Under the pieces are notes generated by a model. It was not told the DNA's origin. It ran no database searches and saw only the letters and a program-made list of their open reading frames with translations. The position numbers were made by a program, and so were the translations under genes. From Candidatus Iainarchaeum sp. (lineage in GTDB: Archaea > Iainarchaeota > Iainarchaeia > Iainarchaeales > GCA-2688035), in the NCBI GenBank assembly GCA_017610205.1, contig JAFCCL010000001.1, forward strand, positions 172,327 through 236,326: a stretch of DNA of 64,000 nt, read 5' to 3'. How positions within the stretch are numbered: the first letter of the stretch is position 1; each line of letters begins with the position of its first letter. This document shows positions 28,588 through 37,662 of this stretch, in pieces.

Positions 28588-29685
28588 ATGGATATAGAAA
28601 AGCTAAAAACACTTGCCCTTAAACTTCAGGGCGAATTATTAACTTCGAGTAGAAAATATTTGTCAGATGAAAAAATATCACATACCAAATTGATAGACCT
28701 TCACGAAAATGCGCAAAAAATACTGCCGGACCATAAAACCCTTTTTGAAAGACATATAGAAACTTTAAAAGATCCAATTCTGTATATAACAACAAAAGAA
28801 GCAGCCGATTTATGTAAAGATATTTTTGAATATGCTATTTTAGAAGACGATAAAAAGGAAAAAAGTGAAACACTCGCTAAAGACCCACTTACTGATTTAT
28901 TTGAAAAGAATAAATTAGCGGAGTTAGATTTTTCTAAATATAAAGAACTTTCAATTGCCTTTCTTGATTTAGATAATTTCAAAAAAATAAACGACAAATA
29001 CAAACATAATAAAGGCGATCTTGCACTAATACAAGTTGCCTCTGCACTAAAGGAAATTGTAGGAAAAAATCATTGGGTTTTAAGAAACCACGGCAGTCGA
29101 GGAGATGAGTTTATAGTTGTTTTTTTAGATTTAGAGAAAGAAAAAGCATTTAGATTAATTGAAGAATGCAGAAAAAAAATAGAACACAATAAAGTTGAAA
29201 ATTTCAACATAACAGTTAGCATCGGTATTGCATCATATCCTAATGATGGAAAAACTCTAAATGAGATTATAGAAAAAGCCGATGAAGCAATGTATCTTTC
29301 TAAAGAAAACGGAAGAAATTGCACGACTCTCTATGATGAAAGCATGGTAAATGAAATAGAAACTATTAATTTTAGACTTGAGGAAATTGCTAATATAAAA
29401 AATGGGGCTAAAGTCATTGTAAAAAGTTGGAAGTGTCATCAGGCTCCTAATATAACTAATTTAGAAGCAATCGAACTAAGAGACTTAGATGAAGATATCC
29501 TGTATACTAGTAGAAATAAAGGCGGAATGGCGACTATTATAACCATTGAAAAAGAAATTCGTGGCGTTGTTAGAGGGGTTAAAAGGCCACCAGGGCAAAC
29601 GTTATTTGAATTAGTGGTTCAAAAAAAGCAACTAGAAGGAATTTCATCAGATCCAAAGGATTTTTTGAGTCCTTTAGTTAGATAA
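28588..29685 (+). CDS. GGDEF-domain (diguanylate cyclase-like) protein
   Basis: DPLT, FLDLDNFKKIND, GD, RGDEF, TVSIGIA, ADEAMYLSKENGRN. Confidence 0.85.
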   Translation: MDIEKLKTLALKLQGELLTSSRKYLSDEKISHTKLIDLHENAQKILPDHKTLFERHIETLKDPILYITTKEAADLCKDIFEYAILEDDKKEKSETLAKDPLTDLFEKNKLAELDFSKYKELSIAFLDLDNFKKINDKYKHNKGDLALIQVASALKEIVGKNHWVLRNHGSRGDEFIVVFLDLEKEKAFRLIEECRKKIEHNKVENFNITVSIGIASYPNDGKTLNEIIEKADEAMYLSKENGRNCTTLYDESMVNEIETINFRLEEIANIKNGAKVIVKSWKCHQAPNITNLEAIELRDLDEDILYTSRNKGGMATIITIEKEIRGVVRGVKRPPGQTLFELVVQKKQLEGISSDPKDFLSPLVR

Positions 29686-29815
29686 CTAATAGTAATCCAT
29701 ATCTCATTAAGACCACCTTGCCGAAAAGTTAATTAACTTCCTTGCACTATACTGTTTCTGCATAATAAATTCAGCCGGCCAAGGCAGTGGTGGGCGTTTG
29801 ATTTTGGGGAAGAAG

Positions 29816-29828
29816 CCTGTCGTTGGCG
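29816..29828 (+). repeat. attR (duplicated tRNA-Ser 3' end)
   Basis: CCTGTCGTTGGCG identical to 6759-6771. Confidence 0.9.
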
Positions 29829-29856
29829 AAAAAAATAATTATTTAAACGAGATATT

Positions 29857-30288
29857 CTATTGTTTCGGTGGCTGAAAGGTTTCCAAGTATTTTTTGACTT
29901 CTGACTGACAGTTCTGTAAAAAAGAATCTATGTTTTGGGTTGGGTTGATAAAAGAAGTAATAGATAAAATTAGTGGGTTTTCTGCTTGAATTCTTTCAGA
30001 TTTTTGTTTCGCAGTATCGAAAGCATAAAGACAGGTTTCTTTAACGACTTCGGTTGGAGCATATTTTTCAATACAAGCCCTGTACTCATGCTGGCATAAG
30101 CTGGTGGCAATATCTTCTTCCCTGTGGAGAGGAGCGTAAAGAGAAATCATTTGATAGGATAAGACCTTACCCCGATTGTCGACAGTTTTCCTTGCATCCT
30201 GCTGGATACTCAATCCGTGTAAATAAAGTGCTGAAAGTAAGGCAACAACAAGTAGGGCAGATACAAAAACAATTCTTTTTGAAAGCAT
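29857..30288 (-). CDS. Membrane-anchored hypothetical protein
   Basis: N-terminal hydrophobic helix, four Cys. Confidence 0.6.
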   Translation of the reverse strand: MLSKRIVFVSALLVVALLSALYLHGLSIQQDARKTVDNRGKVLSYQMISLYAPLHREEDIATSLCQHEYRACIEKYAPTEVVKETCLYAFDTAKQKSERIQAENPLILSITSFINPTQNIDSFLQNCQSEVKKYLETFQPPKQ

Positions 30289-30461
30289 TTAGTTTCTTAG
30301 GCACTTTCCCCTATTTTATTCTTTTGCTTTGATTTAAATTGTTTTGCCTGCAAAAGTAACTAAAGCTTAAAGCGTTTACATAACAACAGTTAGCGTGTCG
30401 TTGGTGTGATATCATAAGATATCTTTAAATATCTTTTGCTTTTTATTCTATTTGTGGTTGC

Positions 30462-30695
30462 TTGAGGAAAGAACAGTACAAAATAGTGTTGACGCGGCAT
30501 GCCTTTATTAGAGCAATGCAGCGTAAGGTAAGCCCTGACTTAATTGAGGATACCCTGCAAACTGGAAAAATGAAAAAACATGGTAAAGGCAGAGTAAAGT
30601 TTGAGAAGCGTTTCAAGCAATTCGCAGTAATATGTGTTGATGAAATAACTGGAAATGTGATTAAGATTGTTACAATTGAAAAAAAGAGGTGGTAA
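30462..30695 (+). CDS. DUF4258/RelE-like toxin
   Basis: LTRHAFIRAMQRKVS...IKIVTI. Confidence 0.7.
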   Translation: MRKEQYKIVLTRHAFIRAMQRKVSPDLIEDTLQTGKMKKHGKGRVKFEKRFKQFAVICVDEITGNVIKIVTIEKKRW

Positions 30696-30697
30696 TT

Positions 30698-30994
30698 ATG
30701 AACTGTACAAAATGTGTTGGAAAAATGGTTGAAAGAAAAGGCAGCACGCCTGAAGGGATTGAATACGCATACTTCAAATGCAGAAAATGCGGTGAAGAAA
30801 TAGTTGATATGAAGCAATTGCATTCAGTTGCCCAAAAATACAGGGAAATGAAGAAATACACTGCCAAAATCAGCAAGTGGGGCGAAAGCTTTGCAGTAAG
30901 AATACCAAAAGAACTAGTCAAACAATACAAACTAAAGCAAAACGAAGACGTAACACTTGTTCCGGAAAAGAAAGGAATAAAGATAGTGGCCTAA
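30698..30994 (+). CDS. Zinc-ribbon plus AbrB/MazE antitoxin
   Basis: CTKC...CRKCGE and KWGESFAVRIPKEL. Confidence 0.8.
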   Translation: MNCTKCVGKMVERKGSTPEGIEYAYFKCRKCGEEIVDMKQLHSVAQKYREMKKYTAKISKWGESFAVRIPKELVKQYKLKQNEDVTLVPEKKGIKIVA

Positions 30995-31001
30995 AGTCAA
31001 A

Positions 31002-31181
31002 TCATTTCTTTTCCACCACTACTTTTCCTTTGTCAAGCTTCCACGCCAGTTTTTGTTTTTTGCCGTCTGTGTTTAACTCAAGCACGTTTAGGGCAATGTC
31101 TCTTGGAATAGCTGTTCTGAAATAGGCTTTGTTTTGGCTCCAGTGTGGAGTTACTGTGCTCTGGGTTTCAAGCTTTGGCAT
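31002..31181 (-). CDS. Small AbrB-like protein (59 aa)
   Basis: Manual translation MPKLETQSTVTPHWSQNKAYFRTAIPRDIALNVLELNTDGKKQKLAWKLDKGKVVVEKK; TAATG coupling to the upstream gene. Confidence 0.6.
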   Translation of the reverse strand: MPKLETQSTVTPHWSQNKAYFRTAIPRDIALNVLELNTDGKKQKLAWKLDKGKVVVEKK

Positions 31182-31864
31182 TAGCTTCTCCCTTTTTGAA
31201 TTGGTTTTTGGGGAATAAAAATACTACGGCCTGATAGCATATTTTGCAACCCATAAGTGGAAAATAAATCTGAAGCATCCAAGATTATCTTGAACCCAGC
31301 TTGTGTTAAATCTTCTCTTCTAATATCACCAACCCTGTCTGTTGAAACAATTAAGTATCCGCCTGATTTAAGTGAAGCAAGAATGCCTTCCAAAGCAATT
31401 TTGTTGTTTGCCCGATAGTTTCCCAAACTCCAATTAGAAACTATTGCATCAAAATTTCTTCCATTAAATAATCTTCCAACATCTTCAAATTCGCCCTGTT
31501 TGCCTTCAATAGGAGCCCTTTCGTTCACTTCAAACCTATCCATTACAGTCATTTTTGCTCCTAAGCTATGAAGCACTGTAGTAAAGTCGGCGGTTGGTGA
31601 ATCAACTTCAAGAATCCTTTTTCCTTTGAAAGAACCAAACATTTTTCTCATAGAACAAAATAATGGAGCATAACCCGCGCAATTGTTTACCTTCAACCTA
31701 TCTAATCTTTCACTAGCAGTACCCAAACGCCGTACAGTTAAACCAAACTTTGACACAAGCTTTTTTCTACCCTTAATAGTAAGACCAATTCTTCTCTCAG
31801 GCCCACAAACTTGTGCAAGCTCTCTATTCTGAATTGTCTTTTTTTTCTTTTTTGCTCTTTGCAC
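31181..31864 (-). CDS. Class I SAM-methyltransferase-like protein with basic N-terminus
   Basis: GKRILEVDS (degenerate motif I), FDAIVS, LKSGGYLIV. Confidence 0.6.
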   Translation of the reverse strand: MQRAKKKKKTIQNRELAQVCGPERRIGLTIKGRKKLVSKFGLTVRRLGTASERLDRLKVNNCAGYAPLFCSMRKMFGSFKGKRILEVDSPTADFTTVLHSLGAKMTVMDRFEVNERAPIEGKQGEFEDVGRLFNGRNFDAIVSNWSLGNYRANNKIALEGILASLKSGGYLIVSTDRVGDIRREDLTQAGFKIILDASDLFSTYGLQNMLSGRSIFIPQKPIQKGRS

Positions 31865-32027
31865 CTAAGTTACCAACTAAATGCCATAACAAAACTTTTG
31901 TTAACAATTATTTTTAAATCTATTTTTTAAATAGAACAAAGGCATTATTTGATTAGGTTTAGCGTTGAACTCACTGGCTATTAGCGTGTCGTTGGCAATT
32001 CAATAGAATTAAATAGAAGAAAACAAT

Positions 32028-32309
32028 ATGTTATTTATGAATGTAAAATCAAGGAATCTAGGAATAAAATATAGGGTTAAAAGGAATCCTGGGCGTAGAA
32101 CAAAAACAGTCTCTATTCTAAGCGGTCCGAATAAAGGTAGGCAAATTATTGAAAGAAGGGGTCTAAAAGCAGGCTCGGCAGGACACTTGGGTAAACCCTC
32201 TGGCGTAACAGGATTAGGTGGACAAATACACGAAAATTTTGGTGTAACACATCGCGGAACAACAAAAGCAGCGCTAAGAAGAATCAGGGGATTAAAAGAA
32301 AATAAGTAA
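32028..32309 (+). CDS. Small basic hypothetical protein
   Basis: K/R/G-rich ORF filling the cassette between att-core repeats. Confidence 0.5.
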   Translation: MLFMNVKSRNLGIKYRVKRNPGRRTKTVSILSGPNKGRQIIERRGLKAGSAGHLGKPSGVTGLGGQIHENFGVTHRGTTKAALRRIRGLKENK

Positions 32310-32377
32310 AAAAACGCGATAAAAACAATTTTAGAAAAGAATAGTGTCGTTGGAAACGCCCTATTCGGTTAAAATTC

Positions 32378-32701
32378 TTATTTTTTTTGTTTTGACTCAA
32401 GTTTTTGAATAAGACCATCAATTGCTCCTTCAATGAAAGAATCCCTGTCTCTTTGAAGTTTTCTCAATCCCCTTGAAACAATTTCAGAGTCTTTTCGATT
32501 TAAAGCAGGAGCGTAAGAATGCAATTCTAAAGTTGCTTTTCTGCGTTGCTGCAGTGTTCCATTTTTTAATACAGCTATTCGGCTTTGGACTACTTGCAAT
32601 AGCTTGCCCCCTGAAATTTTTTTCAGAGGTGCTTGTTGAGACACTTTATTTTTTTCGGATTTTAGATACCTTCTAAAAACCGAGGTAATGTTTTTAATCA
32701 C
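32378..32701 (-). CDS. Small basic hypothetical protein
   Basis: 107-aa K/R-rich helical ORF. Confidence 0.5.
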   Translation of the reverse strand: MIKNITSVFRRYLKSEKNKVSQQAPLKKISGGKLLQVVQSRIAVLKNGTLQQRRKATLELHSYAPALNRKDSEIVSRGLRKLQRDRDSFIEGAIDGLIQKLESKQKK

Positions 32702-32811
32702 AATAATAACGGTGTCTTTTCATCTATTTTAGTTTTTCGGTAAAGCTTTTTTCCTTTTTTATAGTTTCGGTTATTTAATTTTATATAGTTCTAATTAGAA
32801 GTGATTTCAAA

Positions 32812-33396
32812 ATGCCAAAGAAGCAAGAGCCTGTCAAAGAAGAGCAAATGCCTGATTCCCTTGAGGAAATTGTCGATGACATCCACGAGACAAGCAAGGA
32901 TATTGACGAAATTCAGGAAGACGTTGACGAAATTCAAAGCGATGTCAAGGAAATCAAAAAAAGCCAAAAGTCTTTGCTTAAAAGAATGTCTTCAAGGCTT
33001 GTACCAGACGAATTTGCATGGGACGACCTTGCACAGCAAATTGTTGGAGCAATGATTCTTTCAACACCACTTGCAGTAACACAGGAAGTTTGGGTTCTTT
33101 CACAACAGCTTGACATTTTAAGGCTTTTTGCAATTATTATTATAACACTTGTATTTGACATTTTGCTGATTTACCACACAAAATACCAGCTTGTAAAAGA
33201 ACAAAAAATCCTTTCATTTATTCCACTAAGACTGGCTTCTCTGCTGATTGTTTCCTATACAAGCGCAGCCTTAATGCTGTTGATTTTTGGAGTAATAGGA
33301 TACGAAATAACAAGCCCTTTTGGCATACTAAAACTAGTAATCCTCGTAGGATTGTTTGCAAACATTGGAGCAGGAACAGCAGACCTGTTAAAATAA
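32812..33396 (+). CDS. DUF2391-like integral membrane protein
   Basis: DLAQQIVGA..LSTPLAVTQEVW...GAGTADLL. Confidence 0.7.
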   Translation: MPKKQEPVKEEQMPDSLEEIVDDIHETSKDIDEIQEDVDEIQSDVKEIKKSQKSLLKRMSSRLVPDEFAWDDLAQQIVGAMILSTPLAVTQEVWVLSQQLDILRLFAIIIITLVFDILLIYHTKYQLVKEQKILSFIPLRLASLLIVSYTSAALMLLIFGVIGYEITSPFGILKLVILVGLFANIGAGTADLLK

Positions 33397-33439
33397 ACCA
33401 TTCTTTAAAAGGCTTTTCAGCCACTTTCTTTTTACCCCT

Positions 33440-33523
33440 GCAGGGGTGGCTGAGCGGTCTAAAGCGCACGCTTGGAAAGCGTGTTTCTTCACAGAAGCGC
33501 GAGTTCGAATCTCGTCCCCTGCG
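33440..33523 (+). tRNA. tRNA-Ser(GGA)
   Basis: GCAGGGG/CCCCTGC stem, CACGC-TTGGAAA-GCGTG anticodon arm, long variable arm, TTCGAAT loop. Confidence 0.97.
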
Positions 33524-33574
33524 ATATTTATTTTAATCGATTGGTTTAAATTAGTTAATAGACTATATGTTAAT

Positions 33575-33712
33575 ATGGAAACTGTTACTATTATGAAAAA
33601 AGAATATGATTTGCTTAAGAAAAAGGCAAATCTTGCTGATGATGTCCTGCTACAATTGAAGGCAAGTCTTAAAGACATTCAAGCTGGCAGAATCAAACCG
33701 TTTGACCACTAG
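33575..33712 (+). CDS. Small antitoxin-like protein (45 aa)
   Basis: METVTIMKKEYDLLKKKA...SLKDIQAGRIK. Confidence 0.65.
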   Translation: METVTIMKKEYDLLKKKANLADDVLLQLKASLKDIQAGRIKPFDH

Positions 33713-34014
33713 ATTTGTTCAACGAATTTCATATACTTTTTCTTATTCTGCAAAATATGGTTTATTATCTCTTGTTGTTCTTTTTTTAATCCAAAAGCCA
33801 CCAAAAGGACAAGACCGGTTTTTTTGTAAACAAGATAGTATAATCGCTTTCCGCCAAATTTTTTTTCCCGAAACCAGTTGAATTTCAATGGTTTTCCAAC
33901 TAAGAAACTTTCCTTTAACTGCTGAGCCACTTTCTTAATCCATTCTTGTTCACTCTTTTCAAGCGTCTCAAACAAGCGGGAAAATTCTTCGGTCTCCAAA
34001 ACCTGGTTTGGCAT
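33709..34014 (-). CDS. RelE/ParE-like toxin
   Basis: ETEEFSRLF...GKPLKFNWFREKKFGGKRLYYLV...LLVAFG.KKEQQ. Confidence 0.7.
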   Translation of the reverse strand: MPNQVLETEEFSRLFETLEKSEQEWIKKVAQQLKESFLVGKPLKFNWFREKKFGGKRLYYLVYKKTGLVLLVAFGLKKEQQEIINHILQNKKKYMKFVEQI

Positions 34015-34148
34015 ATTATTATTGAATTCAAAGTTTATTTAAGACAAACGCGATAAAGTTTCAAAATCTCGTCCCCTGCGTATTAACCTTATGACGGCAC
34101 ACCAACGGAAAGCCTTTAAACGTTTTTCGATTGAGGAGGTGCTGTCAT

Positions 34149-34345
34149 ATAAAAACATACATTCACGATTACGACAGAAGTCTTGAACGAGAAATACTCA
34201 ACCTCAAGCCTTCTCAAGTATCGGAACACAACAAGAAGCTCATTATTGAGTTCTAAGACTATAACTATACAAGAAAAATTTCCAAGCCAAGAATGGTTAG
34301 GCAAATAAGCATACTAAAAATGACTGGCAGTTCATGCAAAAGGAA
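34149..34345 (+). pseudogene. Integrase N-terminal remnant (homolog of 6840-8036)
   Basis: IKTYIHDYDRSLEREILNLKPSQVSEHNKKLIIEF*DYN...PRMVRQISIL aligns with MREYIHPYKKNLEREIQRIKESELLGDNKQLILKFYQHN...PRMERQACVL; internal TAA at 34254. Confidence 0.85.
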
Positions 34346-34458
34346 TTAAAAGAGGTATTTGTAAAATTATGTTAAAAGTTGTTTGAAAAGCAGGCGCTCA
34401 TTCCATAAACAGTATTGGGTGTTTTTTTTGGAAAGTTTATAAAAAAACGTGTTCAAAG

Positions 34459-35589
34459 ATGAACTTTGATATTGACGCAAAATTCTTGAAGCATTTTCGA
34501 AATCTTCGCCAAGTGTTTTTATATATCACAGATGAATGCAATCTTAGGTGTGTTCAGTGTATTTATAAGCCCAGCATTACATACCAACTTGGGCGCAAAG
34601 AGATTGGTTTAGAAACTGCACTTGCTCTTATATCTGATTTCAGAGAACTTGAAGCTTCTAAATTATCAATCTTGGGCGGGAAACCAACATTGTACGGGTC
34701 TTCCCAGAATTGGAAACCATTGTTGCGAGTAATTGTCAAAGCCAAAGAGTTAGGGTATGAATATGTTCGACTTGATACTAATGGCGCCACAGAAAAATTC
34801 TCTTCGCTTCTGCTCAAAAAGGACTTCAAAAAATTGGATGAAATATCATTCAGTATTGATGGCCCCACTGCTGAGATAAATGATCCAATCAGGGGGAAAG
34901 GAACATTCGATGAATGTGTATCAAATGTCAAAAAAGCAGTGCGACTGGGCTATAATGTTAACATTACTTGTTGCATCCATAGGAATCTTGTAACGAGGGG
35001 CGCATCCGGTGACTTATTAGTTGAGTGCATGATTCGATTTGCCACTTCTCTAGGCGCAAAGCGGATAAATTTTCATGTCCTTTTTGACAGAGGCACGCCA
35101 GAAGATACATGGACAACGCCTGAAGTACATATATCGCCTCAAGAATGGATGGGTATATACTCCGAGATTAACAAAAATATTGAAGCCGGCAAATATCAAA
35201 TCCCTGTTAGGATTCCCCAGTCTTTTATAGCTTGGGAAGAATTTGAAAGAAACCCGGATTATTATGGATTCTGTCCTGCCAAATTGGGTGAAAGGGTTCT
35301 GGTTCATCCTAATGGCATAATCAGAATCTGCTCTTCGTTGCTATCCACTCCATATGGTGTTGCAAGATATTCCAATGATAAAATTGTCTGGGACGACGGT
35401 TTAACTAATGAGCTTCAGGACCACCAACTTAATAAACCAACCCCTTGCACAAACCAGAGTAAAAAATATTCTGATGAAAAATTTGTTCCATTATGTTTCT
35501 CGTTTAAATCCAAGCAAGATGAATTCATTTGGAGGCAAAAACCGGGCTGGGAAAAAATAAGGACCTTTAAAGAGGGAAAAAATGAATAA
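34459..35589 (+). CDS. Radical SAM protein
   Basis: CNLRCVQC; GGKPT (variant of GGEP); DTNG; SIDG; C-terminal Cys. Confidence 0.85.
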   Translation: MNFDIDAKFLKHFRNLRQVFLYITDECNLRCVQCIYKPSITYQLGRKEIGLETALALISDFRELEASKLSILGGKPTLYGSSQNWKPLLRVIVKAKELGYEYVRLDTNGATEKFSSLLLKKDFKKLDEISFSIDGPTAEINDPIRGKGTFDECVSNVKKAVRLGYNVNITCCIHRNLVTRGASGDLLVECMIRFATSLGAKRINFHVLFDRGTPEDTWTTPEVHISPQEWMGIYSEINKNIEAGKYQIPVRIPQSFIAWEEFERNPDYYGFCPAKLGERVLVHPNGIIRICSSLLSTPYGVARYSNDKIVWDDGLTNELQDHQLNKPTPCTNQSKKYSDEKFVPLCFSFKSKQDEFIWRQKPGWEKIRTFKEGKNE

Positions 35590-36358
35590 AAATTTTAGCA
35601 TATTAACATGGAATATTGGAGGACCGTCACTTGAACGGGCTAAAAAACAGTTCCAATGGCTTGAAAAACAGCCTTTTGATGTCTTCGTTCTCACTGAATG
35701 CAAAAACAGTAACGGCTGCCTATTTTTAGAAACGTCCTTTAAAAACAAAAACATGTTTCCCAAAAATAACGCCAACAATGTTATTTTTCCAAAACCCTCA
35801 GGGAATGGATATGGCGTCCTTATTGCTAGCAAACATAAAATAGCGCCCAGTCCCTTTGCAGACCGCGTTAATTTTTTACGCCCTCGAGTAAACTCAGCAA
35901 TTATATCTTACGGCAATGAAAAGATTGAAATCCTTGGAGTATACACACCATCCCGCGGTTCTGAAAAAAATGAGAGACGCCAAAAAAAGAAACGTTTCAT
36001 AGGAAGCTTTCTCCAGGCCTTGGAAAAGGCGCCTGTTCATTCTCCCAGAATTTTAATAGGGGACTACAATGTCTTAGAACCGAATCACATTCCCAAGTAT
36101 CCTGGGTTTGAAAAATGGGAATATGACTTTTATTGCATTCTAAAAAACTATCAGTTACAGGATGCCTTCCGCCATCTGCATCCGACAACAAGGGCGTACA
36201 GTTGGTTTGGTTTAACAGGCCGACCCTACAGGTATGACCATTGTTTTGTGTCCACAGACATTCTTCCCTTAGTTGACAAATGCTATTATTTTCACGAACC
36301 CAGGGGACTAAAACTCAGCGACCATTCTGCCCTTGTCACTACTATAAAAATAGGGTAA
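35582..36358 (+). CDS. Endonuclease/exonuclease/phosphatase (ExoIII-like) protein
   Basis: TWNI, LTE, GDYN, YDH, SDH motifs. Confidence 0.9.
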   Translation: MNKNFSILTWNIGGPSLERAKKQFQWLEKQPFDVFVLTECKNSNGCLFLETSFKNKNMFPKNNANNVIFPKPSGNGYGVLIASKHKIAPSPFADRVNFLRPRVNSAIISYGNEKIEILGVYTPSRGSEKNERRQKKKRFIGSFLQALEKAPVHSPRILIGDYNVLEPNHIPKYPGFEKWEYDFYCILKNYQLQDAFRHLHPTTRAYSWFGLTGRPYRYDHCFVSTDILPLVDKCYYFHEPRGLKLSDHSALVTTIKIG

Positions 36359-36370
36359 TGCAATTAATAA

Positions 36371-36859
36371 ATGTGTAATATTATGACAAAAGAAAGAGTA
36401 AAAATAATTCCTGCAGTTTACCTCGTGCTAATAAAAAACAAAAAGATTCTTTTAGCCCAAAGGCAAAACACAGGATTTTGCGACTGTTGCTACAGTTTCC
36501 CAGCTGGTCATCTAGAGGAAGACGAAACATTACTAGAAGCAATAATAAGAGAAGCAAAAGAAGAAATCAACCTTGAACTGAACCAACAAGACCTAACACT
36601 GGCTCACACAATGCATAGAAAAGAAACAAATGAAAACAGAGCCAGCTTTTTCTTCACAGCAAAAAAATGGAAAAACACGCCAAAAATAATGGAACCGAAC
36701 AAATGCAATGACTTAAATTGGTTTGATATAAACACCCCTCCAAAAAACACAATTCCCTACATAAAACAGGCAATACAAAACATACTACAAAACAAAAACT
36801 ATAGTGAATATCCACAAAAAAAACAAGTAGCCAAAAAAAATGTTCAAGACCAATGTTGA
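36371..36859 (+). CDS. NUDIX hydrolase
   Basis: PAGHLEEDETLLEAIIREAKEE Nudix box; EPNKC. Confidence 0.9.
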   Translation: MCNIMTKERVKIIPAVYLVLIKNKKILLAQRQNTGFCDCCYSFPAGHLEEDETLLEAIIREAKEEINLELNQQDLTLAHTMHRKETNENRASFFFTAKKWKNTPKIMEPNKCNDLNWFDINTPPKNTIPYIKQAIQNILQNKNYSEYPQKKQVAKKNVQDQC

Positions 36860-37033
36860 TAAAAAAAAACTCGTAAAAAATTGCTCTTTCTTATAAACAA
36901 AGGCTATGATGAATCAATTCTACCGCACCCCTAATATTGCTACTCAATAACTACCTATAGTCATTTTTCTTCTAGACAATCAATTTAAAAGATATTTTGA
37001 AAATAAAATATATCGTTAGTGCGTTTCACTTCT

Positions 37034-37647
37034 GGGTAGTGTAACAAAGTTGGTTAACTTTATATTTTGAAAGTGAGTTTAACCACCTAAGAAAGGAGGT
37101 GAGTTAAACTCATGTATTCTGTAGAGCAAGAAGCATATATTTCTTTCCTCCAGCAAAAAGAACAAGATTTGCTGGAGAAACAGTGCGGTTGCAAATACTC
37201 CGAGGTCAAAGCTGCCTGCAAACGGGTTAAGACAGCAGTAAAGTATATTTGTACTCGGTTTGGTAAAATCAAGTACAGATTCACATACATCAAAGATGAA
37301 GTCGGGCGATTGTTTTCTCCACTGCTTGAATATCTTGGGATTGAAAAGTATCAACACATGTCTCAAGACTTAAAGAACCGGTTGAAAGATAAAGCCAGCA
37401 AAATGACCTACGCTGACGCAGCAGAAGATATTGGCAACTCTTTCGGTTTCCTGATAACCAGACAAGGGCTTTGGAGAATAAACCAGGAAACACAAAAGAC
37501 CGGTTTCAGCAAACCGGACAAAAGCCATTCTATATTGTTGGCTGACGGGACAAAAGTTCGTTCCAACAAAGGAGGACATCACGAACCCAGAGTGGCACTC
37601 GCACCAGCCGGGCGTGACGGCTTGACAAAAGAGATTTAAACTATTCC
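37034..37647 (+). mobile_element. Internally deleted IS remnant (UPF0236 / ISLre2-ISH6-like transposase, ORF 37112-37639)
   Basis: TRFGKIKYR..Y.KD...PLLEYLG.....MS...TYADAA and LADGT motifs; truncated; weak terminal inverted similarity (boundaries approximate). Confidence 0.6.
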
Positions 37648-37662
37648 GGCTTTGATATTCTA

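Larger units (their letters stand above)
6759..29828. mobile_element. ~23 kb integrative (conjugative-like) element inserted at the tRNA-Ser(TGA) 3' end
   Basis: 13-bp direct repeat CCTGTCGTTGGCG at 6759-6771 and 29816-29828; adjacent tyrosine integrase; VirB2/B6/B3/B4-like genes; defence cargo. Confidence 0.9.
30390..32353 (+). repeat. Three further copies of the att core TGTCGTTGG
   Basis: TTAGCGTGTCGTTGG at 30390-30404 and 31981-31995; GTGTCGTTGG at 32344-32353; all intergenic and in the same orientation. Confidence 0.8.
33508..34080. mobile_element. 0.56 kb integrase-less TA cassette at tRNA-Ser(GGA)
   Basis: 16-bp direct repeat AATCTCGTCCCCTGCG at 33508-33523 and 34065-34080. Confidence 0.8.

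Noticed and set aside
29816-32353. CRISPR array interpretation of the TGTCGTTGG repeats
   Set aside because: Repeats are 9-15 bp, spacing is 0.36-1.6 kb and contains whole genes, and no cas genes are present
33446-33574. Extension of the antitoxin ORF across tRNA-Ser(GGA)
   Set aside because: Overlaps a complete tRNA; the real start is ATG 33575
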